A DNA stretch of 64,000 bases from Chrysemys picta bellii (taxonomy: Eukaryota), in contig NC_088792.1 of the NCBI RefSeq assembly GCF_011386835.1, forward strand, positions 193,688,001 to 193,752,000, read 5' to 3'. The notes under the pieces are model-generated. The model ran no database searches. It saw only the letters and a program-made list of their open reading frames with translations, and was not told the origin of the DNA. Positions 33,791 to 46,295 of this stretch are shown here, one piece after another. Each line of letters begins with the position of its first letter. Positions within the stretch are counted from its first letter, which is position 1. The position numbers and the translations under genes were made by a program.

Positions 33791-36700
33791 TATTCTGAGA
33801 ATGACACAGCCAAACGTTATACAATATATTTCAACTTTTGTGCTAGAAGTGTAGAATATTACTTGTGTATTTAGATCACTTCAATAATTCTCTAATTAAA
33901 TGTGTATTTATAAATATAAGGAGGAAGTGCCTGGAATCATTTTTATGAACTTGAGAAGAGTTGTCAATTAAATCTTCCAATATATATTTGGGTGTTAATA
34001 TTGCCTGCATGTTTCATTTATTATCAATAGAAAATTAATGGTAGATCTGTTGGAGGCCATCCATGCTTTCCCAAAGATTATTAACTTTCTTGTATACTCT
34101 TTCTTTATATATAAATGGTGTAGGGCTGTCATATTTCACTATACTAAAAACAGTCTGCTTGAGTAACAACATAAGTGCATTTACATAGTATATTTCATGG
34201 AGCTTCATGTTTTCATAATTTAATTTCCAAAAAAAATAAAGGATCTGAACAACTGGAGATACCAAGGATTAAGCAAATCCATTAGTCCTGCAGCAATTCA
34301 CATTTCTGAGGGGTAGATGTTTAGATCATTGTCTCATTTCCAGACAATCTGCTAAATTAAACAGATTTTTTTTCTTAACTTTAGTTGTCAGTTACACAGA
34401 CTTACAGCTGCTCAGAATTAAAACCTTAATTGTGTGTGTTTTGCTGCAACTGTTAGAACTAGTTAGCAACCAATGTCTTTTTTTCCCCAGCAAATGTAAA
34501 ATCTAAAGACAGCACTTGTGTACGCTAATTAAATTAAAGAGATGACAAGACATGCAAGCATTTTAAGCAGTCTTTCCATGGTATTAAAAGTCTCAGAAGA
34601 AAGATAATTAGAAGCTTAATAAAGAAGATTTTTAAGATTTGATGAGACACCAGCAGTGTTTTTACTCCCATCTTTTGCCTACACTGTAACTATAGGCAAA
34701 ATTCCTATGGCCATCAGTGGACTTTACACATGACTGGGAATTCCAAGATTGACCCTTCCAGTAACTAGTACGTTTTCCTGTACATTGTGAGGGAAAGTAT
34801 CATCTAATAGTTGTGATGGGTCTGTTTGAGAGCAGAAACTGTGTTGCTGTGCAGTAAGCTAGGGCACAGAAAGGGCTTCCTAGAAAACCTGCTTGCTATA
34901 AGCAAAAAGGAAGTTTTGTAGAAATCATACTCTTGTGTTTGCCCTTCAGTATTTAACCAGAAGTAATGATTTGAGCTGTGGCTTTTTCAATCATCCAGAG
35001 CTATTTTCAGGAACATTTGGATCACTTTGTTGTTCAGATGGGATGTAGTCAGCCTGAAACTTTGATCTTTAACTCTAAGCACAGTATCCAAAAAAGGCGA
35101 TGCATTTAAAAGCAAAATATAATACGGTCTGAAACAGTTAAGGGCCAAATTGTTCTTGACCTTTGTGTGGCTGGACAGGAGAATGGGACCCCTTCCTAAC
35201 TTGGCATACCCCCTGCAAGAATTAGGGATAATCAGAGTCCTTACAGTTTGGGGTCCACAATGTGCTGCATCCCAAATAGAGAAGGCGAGGGTGAAATCTC
35301 TGTCCTCCTCTGTACTGGGCTATCTCGTAGGCTGGGCATAATAGGAATAGTAGATGTTCCATCCTTACAGCAGCCAGTGCATGTTCTGTACACAGGAGAA
35401 TTCAGCGTGAACACAATGCCTCCCTGAACAAGCCAGGAGGCAATGGGGCCCTGCGCAACCTCTATTCAGAGCTACATACTCAGATAGACAAAACAGTCTA
35501 GACTCGGTTTAAAAATAAATAGAAGGAGAGGAAAATAAACAGTAGCAATATTCAAATCCTAAAACCAATATTGATATAAGATTCAGAATGCTGTTGTACA
35601 GAGTGAACTAAATGTTGGACTCCTGAGTCAAGCAGAGCTCCCACTGACGCCACTGGGAGTTTTAAAGGAGTCAGGACTGCAGGTCTGATTCTCAGTTACC
35701 TTTTACACCACTTTGGCAGTGTAATTTACTTATCAATGACAAAGCGGTATAAAAAGGTCTTGGTGTAAGTCAGAATCCTCCCTGCAGTTTCTCTCACAAT
35801 ACGTTTAATAATCCTTGGAAATCAAACAATGTTTGGTCAAGCATTTGTTTGACTATGAATCATCACTGGCAAGATTTCTCGTAGGATGTATTGGCGTGAT
35901 GGAGAAAGAGTTTTCTAACATAGGCAGTTTAATTAAAAACAAACAATACATGAAATTAATGTCATGCTCCCAGAAACAAAAGCGGAAGGCCCACATAGAG
36001 CCAGATCCTTGTCTTCGGGGGCACTGCCGATTAAGGAAATGTGGCCATGCATGCAGAAGCTCTGTGAAACATGAATAAAGGTGTCAGAACCTGGCCCTAC
36101 CTGAACTAACAATTCATTGTCTGTTTTTTAAACAAGTTGCAAGAAGTTTAATAGAATTACATATGAATAACATGGATAAAAGATGTTGTTCGAGTTATCA
36201 GTGACCATTTTTATTGTGATTTAAAGGCACACCGTCAACTGAAAAATGCCAGGGCCTGATCCTGCAGTCCATAAATGAATTGAGAGTTGGTCTCTAAATA
36301 TCTCCTTAAATCCAACATTAACATGTAAAATATGGTCCCAATTTTTCAAAGTGCTGATTCCTCTCAGCTGCTCTAGCATAACAGTTAGTTAACAAATATT
36401 GATATAAAACCTACCTTATGTGAAGTCAATGGTAAAAAAAGTCTAAACAAAATTAATCAATGATATTTTCAAGTTATTCTGTTCATCACTATAATTGAAA
36501 AGATCTTTGTCTTTGACCTTATTCATAATAGATTAATAAAACTTTCTTTACAAACAATAGATTAAAACATGATTTTGTTTCAATTTTATAGTCTTTGTCA
36601 TATTCAGATTTTCATTCCCAGGATCTGTGAACGCGGTTCATTTCTAGGTAAAGATATAGGTCTGCTCCTGTTGTTTACTGCACAGGGGTAATAGGCTGAA

Positions 36701-37229
36701 AAAAGTGTGCGTGAGTGTATCTATAATTAATAGTTTCCTGATTGTAAATGTCAAATTTGAGGATAGGTAAGTTTTTTCAATTTTAAATAATTTCACAGTA
36801 AACATGAAGCACATTTTTAGATGAAAAATTTACGTTAGTATATTTCACCATAAAGAATATTTCTCCTTAAATAACTCTAACCTACATATGAACTTTTTTC
36901 TCAGATTCTCATATAATTAAGTTCTCATACATTGTGCTATATTTTTTCCTATAGCTGTGCCTCTCCTTTATGAATAGAATAATATCTCAAATCACAAGTG
37001 ATTCTTATTGAATATTGTTCCTTAGTATGTAGTAATTGTAATTAGCCTGCTTTCTGAAGTGAGTAGTGAGTCTTTCTCAAAAGCTCTCCTTTTTAAATGA
37101 CTAAAAAGTTGTGTGTTTTTTAGGTTTTGTTTGTGAAACTGTTTTCTAACATTTTCTTGTCACTCCACCATGAACCCGTCCCGTGGATAAAGGGGTGAAA
37201 GATACACCAGGATCAGAATCCTGTCTGTA

Positions 37230-37417
37230 CACCTCTACCCCAGTATAACGCTGTCCTCAGGAGCCAAAAAATCTTACTGCGTTATAGGTGAAACCGTGTT
37301 ATATCGTACTTGCTTTGATCCACTGGAGTGCGCAGCCCCGCCCCCCCAGAGTGCTGCTTTACTGCGTTATATCTGAATTCGTGTTATATTGGGTCGCGTT
37401 ATATCGGGGTAGAGGTG
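37230..37417. mobile_element. Tigger/pogo-like MITE, 188 bp
   Basis: TIRs CACCTCTACCCCAGTATAACGC / GCGTTATATCGGGGTAGAGGTG, with TA TSD. A second copy lies at 55898. Confidence 0.88.
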
Positions 37418-37599
37418 TATTTAGTTTCCATACTCAAAATATGCACTAGGCCCAGAATTTGGCTCTAAAGTTCTGATTGTAAAAAGCATGCAAATATCCT
37501 TTGGACTTCAATGAGAGTTGTATGTGTAGAATCCAGGACATGACCTAATAAGAGGAACTTAATAAAATTGTCTCAGAAAATGTCTGATAGTAGAGGGTT

Positions 37600-38215
37600 C
37601 TCTAATCTAACAGAGGCATAGCAAGATCCAGTAGTTGGAAATCAAAGCTGGAGAAATTCAAATTGAAAACAAGGCACACATTTTTAACTGTAAGGGTAAT
37701 TAACAATTGGGAAAACTCAACTAAATGGATTCTCCATTACTTGCAATCTTTGATTTTAAAAAGTCTTTCTAAGAGAGATGCTGTAGTTCAACCACAATCT
37801 ATTGGACTTCATGTGCAAATTACTGGGTGAAATTCTCTTGTCTTTGTTTTACAGGAGGTCAGACTAGATCAGGAGTCGGCAACGTTTGGCACGCAGCTCA
37901 CCAGGGTAAGCACCCTGCTGACGCGTCAGGTTCGGCCGATCGCGGCCCCCACTGGCCGCGGTTTGCTGTCCCGGGCCAATGAGGGAGTCGAGAAACCGCG
38001 GCCAGCATATCCCTCACCCGCGCCGCTTCTCGCCGCCCCCATTGGCCCGGGACGGCGAACCGCGGCGAGTGGGAGCCGCGATCGGCCGAACCTGCCCCAT
38101 CAGCAGGTAAATAAACTGGCCCAGCCCACCAGGGTGCTTACCCTGGCAAGACGCACGCCAAACGTTGCTGACCCCTGGACTAGATGATCACAATGATCCG
38201 TACTGGCCATAAAAA
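37600..38215 (+). mobile_element. Old CR1-like 3' region hosting a hAT MITE
   Basis: CAGGAGGTCAGACTAGAT[MITE]GATCACAATGATCC tail motif. Confidence 0.65.
37870..38177. mobile_element. hAT (Charlie-like) MITE, 308 bp
   Basis: TIRs CAGGAGTCGGCAACGTTTGGC / GCCAAACGTTGCTGACCCCTG, with exact 8-bp TSD GACTAGAT. Confidence 0.92.
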
Positions 38216-38897
38216 GCTATGAATTTAGTATCTCTTTAATACTTTGATTAAGTGACCATTTTAAAGTATCTTCAAGGTTTCCAGTAGCATATTGTTTAAG
38301 GTAACTAATTTTCTTGCTCTTTGGGTGGTTTCATAAATGATGTTTCTCTGTATTTAAGGTTATGTTTCAAATAAGATGGTAAAATTATTTAAGGCCAAAT
38401 TTTGTTGTAGGATTTATACACAGGCCTCTCATTGACTTCAGCGCATCTGGGGACAGAATTTGTCTTTAGTTTATACTCTAGTTCTGGAAAAGGAATTCCT
38501 CATCTTCATAAGCACTGAAAAAATAAGTAGATCTTCCTTAAGTTGTCTGAAGAGACATTTTCACCCATTAATTGAATTCCTTCAGAACTTCTCTGTGAAC
38601 GAACTATTGCCAAGTCATAATTTGCTTTTCTACATAGATGGTTTTCTTAGCTTACTTAAGAAATAGTGTTGGAAATGCTTTTTCAAAGGAAAAGAATAGG
38701 CATGTAAATTAATGTTGTGAAATGTAGTTAGGCTATTGAAGATGTCATAATTTTCAGAAACTGACCAGAACCATTGATTTAGAAATAAAAAGGTAATAGT
38801 TTATAGAAAAACTAGAATGTATAAATTTATCAAAATTCTGAAAGTAAAAAATTAGCAATTTTTAACTGCACAAATTTTGTTTTCTTTCCCCCTCTAG

Positions 38898-39146
38898 CTG
38901 CCCCTCGACAATGTATTGAGCTACACTTTGATGAAAAATATTCTGTAGAGCCTTCTTGGGAGTGTAAATTTGATCACATTGAAGTGCGAGATGGACCTTT
39001 TGGCTTTTCCCCAATCATTGGACGTTTCTGTGGACAGCAAAATCCACCTATGATAAAATCTAGTGGCAGATTCCTGTGGATTAAATTTTTTGCTGATGGT
39101 GAGCTGGAATCTATGGGTTTTTCCGCTCGATATAATTTCACACCTG
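38898..39146 (+). CDS. NETO1: NETO1 coding exon 4 (rest of CUB1: [83 protein letters not shown])
   Basis: TTTCTTTCCCCCTCTAG| acceptor and |GTGAGT donor; 249 nt, phase 1-1. Diagnostic NETO1 (not NETO2) residues include [18 protein letters not shown] and [12 protein letters not shown]. Confidence 0.97.
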
Positions 39147-41074
39147 GTGAGTACAAAGCGTTACACTTTTGGCAAAAGGCTTGATTTTTACAGCTTGCTT
39201 TGGTGGTAATGTAGAATTGTGACACACTTCAATATTTTTAACGGGAATATATTTTAATTTCAAAGAAAATATATTTTTTTATTTAAACTCCTGATGCCCA
39301 GTTTGTTTATCCATCTTGCACAACACACCCAGCTTTTTTCACAAAGGTTATTTTTCAGTACATTTTTTATGATAGCTAGACATCTTGAGCAGAAGGACTT
39401 GTGTAATTGTAAAACACATTGTTTTCAACAGAATTCTATTATAGGAAATCATTTAAAATCCTTTATCAGGAAGTATACGGTTTATATTTGATTGTTACGC
39501 TGTTTTGTTTTTCCTTCGAAGTGATCAGCAATAAAAAGTATTTTAATTTAAAAAAAGGAATTCTCAGAAAATTACATCACTGCTTTTTTACTTTGCTTTA
39601 TTGGAGAGGGACTACCCTATACCTCTGCTTATTAGGGGAGATAACTGGCAAACTGCTGCTTGCATTCCAGAAGGAAGTTTAAGATCCAAAGAATAATGTG
39701 TTCAGCTAAGTGTTCCAGCGAAAGATGTTTCCAAATCTCATTTGCAGTTGTACAATTACACTTTCTTTGTCAATTTGTCTGTTTAATTTATTAGAGTAAA
39801 ATAAAGATTTCTAGTCATGCTTCCAGTTAAATGTTGCCTCAGATCATTACAATAAAAAAAATTATTTATTTTATTTTTGGCTTCAGTAGCACTGCACTGC
39901 AGTCTTTAGGATTTCATGGCATTCTATAGGGTTTCTGACATATGGAGCAATGACTCATATTTTAGTATAGTTTGATCAGAGAGGTTGTACTTGTAATTAT
40001 TTATGTAATTTTGTCAATTATGTAACCAATGTTTCAGTTAAATTGTATTGGGTGCAGCAATATTCTTTTAGAACATGAGCAAAATCAGTCAGACACAAAT
40101 CCTGCTTGCTTCCTTATTCCAGTGGTACCATAGAAGTTAATAGGACTACCTGTGTGTAACTAAAGCAAGCAGGAGTTAACCTCAAAGGGCTCTACACAGC
40201 TTTATTTATCTGAAACAAGTACAAGAGATAACATACAATTAACTGGGTTTCAACTACATATTAAGCGGAAGGATATTGTCTCTTGAAGGGGAAAATGTAC
40301 CTACAGGACATGAATTTCACATACACAATAGAAGGACTACTTATTGATGTCTGTGGGAAATTCTTCAGTAAGCTGGTGGGCGTATATAGCCATTTGTTTG
40401 TTTTTCTATAAACAATTGTGAATGGACAGAACAATATTCCTTTGAAATTTTACTGAAGAGCCACATGTGCTTCTCTCTTAAAAATTGGATTAGCTGTGAT
40501 CTGTCAGTAACAGAGGCTATGTGGACTTCTAGCATATTCCCTCACCTCCCTGCTTCAGAAAAAGTACTTAATTCTAGATCTCCATATCCCTCATCTTTCA
40601 AAGGAGCTATGGTGCTTTGGTTGAAAGGGATGGTGTTAGCACAATCCACAACTTATTCCATCTAAAAACTTCCCAACTGAAAAAAAAAAAAAAAAAAAAC
40701 TATTTCAGGTACCATTCTATTCCTCATTCCTCTTCCACTGGTGTGAGTTTTTTTCTGACTAAAAATCAATGCCAGTAAATTGCTGTAGCAGCATAAATTA
40801 CTCCAGACTTCAGGTGGAATAGCTCTTTTTTGATAGCCTTCTATATGAGCACTTGGAAAAAATAAGCGAGTCTAGGAATACAGGCCATAAATAAAAGTAT
40901 AATTCATCTGGACACAATTCAGAATAGTGTTGTCGTCTTCCTTACCTTTGATTTGTGTATTTTGAAGGTCAGGGATAGTTAGATCCATAGTCAGTTATAA
41001 CTTAAAAGAGTGGGATGTAGGGGTTCCCACTCCGGTCTTCCTAGATGAAGATGAAGCTACATCTTTGAATGTAT

Positions 41075-41078
<4 letters not shown>

Positions 41079-41130
<52 letters not shown>
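41079..41130. repeat. (TG)26 microsatellite
   Basis: Directly visible. Confidence 0.97.
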
Positions 41131-41135
<5 letters not shown>

Positions 41136-41535
41136 CAGATCTACCTCATGTTTTTAGCTGGGGGACTGGGACTGAGGAGGGGAAGCAGAGAGAAGCTCAT
41201 CAGCAACACAGGAGAAGTAGGGTTGAGGATTATAGGTCTTCTATTACCAACTTGGAGAGGTGATTAGGGTGTGATAATACTATGCAACAGGGCTGGCTTC
41301 CATGAAAGGTGATTTTTTTTCTCCTTTTCCCCACTTCCGATGTTTGTGTGTGAGGGATCAGAGCTGGATTTCTCAAGATCTGTAGCCTGAATGTGTGGGT
41401 GGGGCATAGGGAGAGGCAATTGGCAGCTCGGCCATAAAGACTGACAACCCTAGGGGGGTGTTAAAGAGGAGCAAAGGGAGGAGTGGCTGGCTCATGTGCC
41501 TCTGTAAATTGCACATCTGAGCCTCTAATGTCACT

Positions 41536-41761
41536 TAATTAATTGGCCTCTCAGAGTTGGTAAGACAACTCCCACCTGTTTATGCTCTCTGTATGTGTGT
41601 ATATATATATATCCTCAATATATGTTCCATTCTATATGCATCCGAAGAAGTGGGCTGTAGTCCACGAAAGCTTATGCTCTAATAAATTTGTTAGTCTCTA
41701 AGGTGCCACAAGTACTCCTGTTCTTCTTTTTGCGGATACAGACTAACACGGCTGAAACCTG
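41536..41761 (+). mobile_element. Young Penelope-like 3' tail insertion, 226 bp, 12-bp TSD
   Basis: Exact TSD TCTAATGTCACT (41524-41535 and 41762-41773). Nearly identical to 11696-11886. Confidence 0.92.
41638..41677 (+). ncRNA. Minimal type-I hammerhead ribozyme-like motif (best-preserved copy)
   Basis: GCAT-CCGAAGA-A-GTGGGC-TGTA-GTCCAC-GAAA-GC-TT-ATGC. Helix II is fully paired (one G-U). Deviations from the canonical core are C at position 4 and an extra A after A9. Confidence 0.65.
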
Positions 41762-41959
41762 TCTAATGTCACTGAAATTATACTCTTCCTGTGCCATAAC
41801 TGTCTCTGATAGTCACTTTTTTTTTTTTTTTACAAAGTAAGGATCAAGGGAAAACTGACAACAAGGCTTGCAAACAAATCAGCAGAAAACAAAGAGATTT
41901 AAACAGAGGGACACTTGGAAAACATTGATACATAAAGAGATGTCAGGATTATAATGGAC

Positions 41960-42570
41960 AGCAAATGAGATTGGAGCTTGCATTGTGGTTTGGTGGAAAA
42001 TGCAATAGATGCAATCAGAGCTTTCAGTGCAGAGGTTTCACGTGATAATGGGAGACTAAAATTCCTCTTTGCCTCTGGATTGCCTCAAGAATGCTGCATT
42101 CAGTGCTGGGCATCTCAGTACCAAAACAATGCAGACAAATTTGAGGGGCATTTAGAGAACTAAAACAAAGGTGATTATAATGTAGGGACTGATTTATAAA
42201 GAAAGATTGAAAGAAGGAAATGTGTTTAATTTGGCTAAATAATGAAAACACAACTGATTATAATTACTTGAAAGTTGTATGCATGAGGAGGGAGAGGAAT
42301 TGTTTAGGTTGTCTAAAGGGTGTGTAACCAGGCCAAAAGGGATTAAGTTAAGAAAAGAGAAATAGGGCTGAATATCAGGACAAACAAACTTCCTAATGGT
42401 AAAATCTATTAGTCTGGGGAAATTATAGAAGCCCCATTAGTTGAGATATTTTAAATCTAGGTTGGATGAAGTACTAGAAAGGAAATGATATAGAACAATC
42501 CTGGCGGAGGAATGGATTAATAATTTACTAGTATTGGACCTTTTCTGTCTCCCACTTCTTTGATTCAAGA
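41960..42570 (+). mobile_element. Ancient CR1-like 3' remnant
   Basis: Degraded match to the LECCIQCWAS..Q motif and downstream CR1 3' region. Confidence 0.55.
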
Positions 42571-43434
42571 GAGAGAGAGCTGCCCAGGAGGTATTTGGAA
42601 ACCTAAATTTTTGCACACAGACTCTGCTGTAGCTGTTTAATGTAAAGGTTCCAGTGCAAACTTCAGAGGACTCTTGTGGATTTTATTCATTAACAGTTTT
42701 TGCTTTTTTCTTCTTTTTTTTTGTGGGGAGAGGGTGGTCTGGCATCTTGTGACAAATGATACCATTGTCATACTATTTAAATGGAACTGTAGCTATTTTC
42801 TTCTAATTAGTACTCTGAAATTACAAGTATAATGTAAAGCTTTCAGCATGAATAAACTCAGAAATAAGCACACTGCAAATATGATGGTACACACAGACCT
42901 GCCTGTCTATTTCTCACTACTAACTGAGAGAACTCTTTCAAATTACTGCATTTTGCAAATAAATCTTTTCTAAGAAATAGTAGAAAAGCAAAATGTGGAT
43001 TAATGAAGTCATATGTACAAACTCCTAGTTTATTTCTTTGTTTTTTACTTTTGAAATTTCAGATATTTGGGCTGAAAAAAAAGTTACACCGCTTTTCTGT
43101 TAAATGTTTTATGACTAAATACTTGAGATAACAGAATGCAAGGTGGTTATACAAATGTTGAAGCATTTTGAGACATGTAAGATATATATTTTTAAATAAA
43201 TGTACTCATTGCCCACTCTTTCAATTTTATTTTTTAATTCTCTAGCTGTTTTAGTTTAGGCCTACATGGAGCTCTGTGAATCTGTGGAGTTCTTCCAAAT
43301 TCACAAACCAGTGTTTTCACTCTTTTTTAATTTTTTTGTTTGTTTGTTTGCAAAATGTTCATGAAAACTGAATGATAAATGTTGTACTCAATTTTTAGAG
43401 CCCTGAGTATGTTGAAGCTGCTATTGTCTGGAAA

Positions 43435-43483
43435 GGTGTCTCAACTTGTGCATATGTTTTTGGTGTCTCAACTTGTGCATATG
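43435..43483. repeat. Direct 22-bp duplication
   Basis: GGTGTCTCAACTTGTGCATATG occurs twice, separated by TTTTT. Confidence 0.9.
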
Positions 43484-45519
43484 CAAGGGAGGGTCACCCT
43501 GTACAGACTACCCGCTGATTTCCTAAAGGGTGGTATTTTAACATGGTCAGACAATCACTGACTCCTCCCATCTATGGCTCCCGTTGTACCGTCAAAGCCT
43601 TTTCCTTCTTCCATATAGTGTACCTTTTCTGAAATTCTCTCTCATCTATCCTCTGTGTTTGGTTACATCACACAGACCCATTCTCCATCCCGACCTTGGA
43701 GCTGCTGTGGCTATGCACCAGGTGTGCACACATGCACTTCTTTGGACTCATCTTGTTTAGAAAACCTTATTACATTACATTAAGACACATTAATAGCATG
43801 ATGTTAACTGACTTATCGTTGTCTACAAGGAACAATTAGTTAGCTAACATCTAACATTGTTATAAAACAATGCAATTTCCTAGTATAGACAAAGCCTCTA
43901 TGAGATCTGCAGCCTTCCTGATGCTATAATATAGTTAATTTCACCAACCTAACCTTCCAACATCTCCGCAGTTTCTTGCCCAGCTCCTCTCCGCCTCCCC
44001 CACTCTCCCCCCCCCAAGTATGGAATTATGGTTCTCACACTGTTCTCTAGGCCAAGGCTAAATACATTGTGGCAGTGACTACAGCGCTAAGACAAGCTCC
44101 AGCAAATGTCAAGTTACAGCAAAGTAGTCGACCTCACTCCGTACCTTGGGTGAAATCCTGGTCCCATTGAAGTCAATGGCAAAACTCAATCTTCAGTAGA
44201 ATTTCACCCTTGTGTGCAGCAGGGGCAGGATTTTCTCCACCACCTGTCACCACCATTGCACCTTCTATGCCATCTTAGGTAGTTACTCTATGTAGTCTTC
44301 CTCCATACTGATTTTCAAGTTTGTGTATGTGTATATTTCTTTCGGCTTTTTATTTTTAGTTTTCTCTCTCCGTATTTTAGATGTGCCTCTTTCCTTTCTG
44401 ACTCTAAACCAACCAGGATATTTTTCAGTATGGCCACTGTGGAGTTTTGGGGTTTTTCACAAGGGAACTCAGTCAGGACTTTAGGAAGATCACAATATAT
44501 AGTTTATATATATTCAGCTCAGCGACTCTGAGTATGGTGTTACTGCTTAGGTGGTTGTCTCAGAACTGCTCACAGCTCCCCCTAATATATCTGTTCAGCT
44601 AAGCTGGGTCTAGCTCTTAAAGGGAAATCTTGAGAGCCACTAATTCCAATCAGTTTCTGGAAAAATAAAGAACCATCACAAAGCCATGCAAACCTGGATG
44701 AAACTGTTCATCACCCAAAGGTTCACAATGAGTATGGAAATACGGAAAATGGGTTAAGTGGAACCCAAACATTTTTTTTTGAATGTCAGGGACTGCAAAT
44801 TAGTTCTGATGGGGGGAAAAATGAGTGAATTTGTATTAATCTCATTTTGGAAAGATTTACAGTACTCGAATGCACAGAAATTCAAATGGTTATAAATAGC
44901 TTTTTCAGGTTATACATTTACAGAAGGACAATACACTACTTCAGTGCCATTTAAATCCTGTTTAGAGAGATTGAGGTGCATAGACCTTGTGATGGCTTTC
45001 CACAAGGGAGTGAATTTCACTTTGATGAATAAGGCATTTTGTATTTGCATGTTGTAATAAAAATCATGATTCACCTGCAGAGACTTTTCTCCAAGTTCTG
45101 TATGAATCACATATTATTCACTGTGTTCTGTAGTGTTGGCCCATATGGGGAGCAACTGCAGAATCAGGTCCTATATCACTGCTCAATGTAGATGATATGT
45201 ATAGATACAGGGCCTGATCCTGAGAGGCCCTTACACAGCCTCATGGCAGCAGACAAAAGCCCACAGGAGAAGCCTCCCTTCTCCTTGTGTAAAAGGGCCT
45301 CTCAATACAGCAAGTCCCAGCAGTGGTTGAGTGGTGTTCCTGAAAGTTTAAAGGTCTGGAAGAACTATAAATTCTCCCTGACTTGAGCTGGGTTTAAAAA
45401 TAAAAACATGGGCATGAAAGCCTCTGTTGCACTCAAACACTAATATAGTAAGTGTTTTAGAAATACCTAAATCAGATAAGGAAGGTCCTCTCATGGATCA
45501 GTAACTGGGTATAAGACAG

Positions 45520-46295
45520 GAAACAAAGGTTAGGAGTAAATAGCAGGGGTCCCCGAAGGATCTGTACTGAGACCAGGGCAATTCAATATATTTAGAAATG
45601 ATCTGGAAAAAGGGGTAAACAGTGAGGTGGCAAAGTCTGCAGACAATACAAAATTACTCAAGATTGTTAAGTCTAGGGTGACCAGACAGTAAGTGTGAAA
45701 AATCAGGACGGGGGTGGGGGGTAATAGGAGCCTATATAAGAAAAAGACCCCAAAATTGGGACTGTCCCTATAAAATCGGGACATCTGGTCACCCTAGTTA
45801 GGTCCATAGCTTACTGCAAAGAGTTACAAAGGAATCTCACAAAACTGGGTGAATAGGAAACAAAATAGCAGGTGAAATTCAGTGTTCATTAGGAAAAGGA
45901 TAGATAATAAGACAGAAAATATCATAATGCCTCTAAATAAATGCATGGTACACCTGCACCTTGAACACTGTGTGCAATTCCAGTTAACCTATCTGAAAAA
46001 GGATGTATTAGAATTGGAAAAGGTACAGAGAAAGGCAACAAGTATTATTGGGTTGAAAAATGAATTCTATTAGTTCATGGGGGATAAGGCTATCAATGGC
46101 TATGCTCTGGATGCCTCTAAGCCTCTGATTCCTGGATACTGGGACTGGACTGGAAGGGATGGATCATTCAGTAATTGCCTTGTTCTGATCATTCCCTCAG
46201 AAGCATCTTGCATCTGCCACTGTTGAAAGACAGGATAGTGGACTAGGTGGACCATTGGTCTAATTCAGTATGACCATTTTTCTGTTAAGATTCTT
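45520..46295 (+). mobile_element. CR1 LINE fragment (different subfamily), internally deleted, with nested MITE
   Basis: GVP.GSVL...FNIF.NDLEKGVNSEVAK.AD.TKL trace, then MPL.KCMV.LHLE.CVQF and a tail GGACCATTGGTCTAATTCAGTATGACCATT. Confidence 0.8.
45674..45796. mobile_element. 123-bp hAT-type MITE (same family as 29220, opposite orientation)
   Basis: TIR TAGGGTGACCAGA / TCTGGTCACCCTA, with TSD GTTAAGTC/GTTAGGTC. Confidence 0.9.

Noticed and set aside
41069-41267. ORFs with (VC)n/(CV)n runs
   Set aside because: Translation of the (TG)26 microsatellite.
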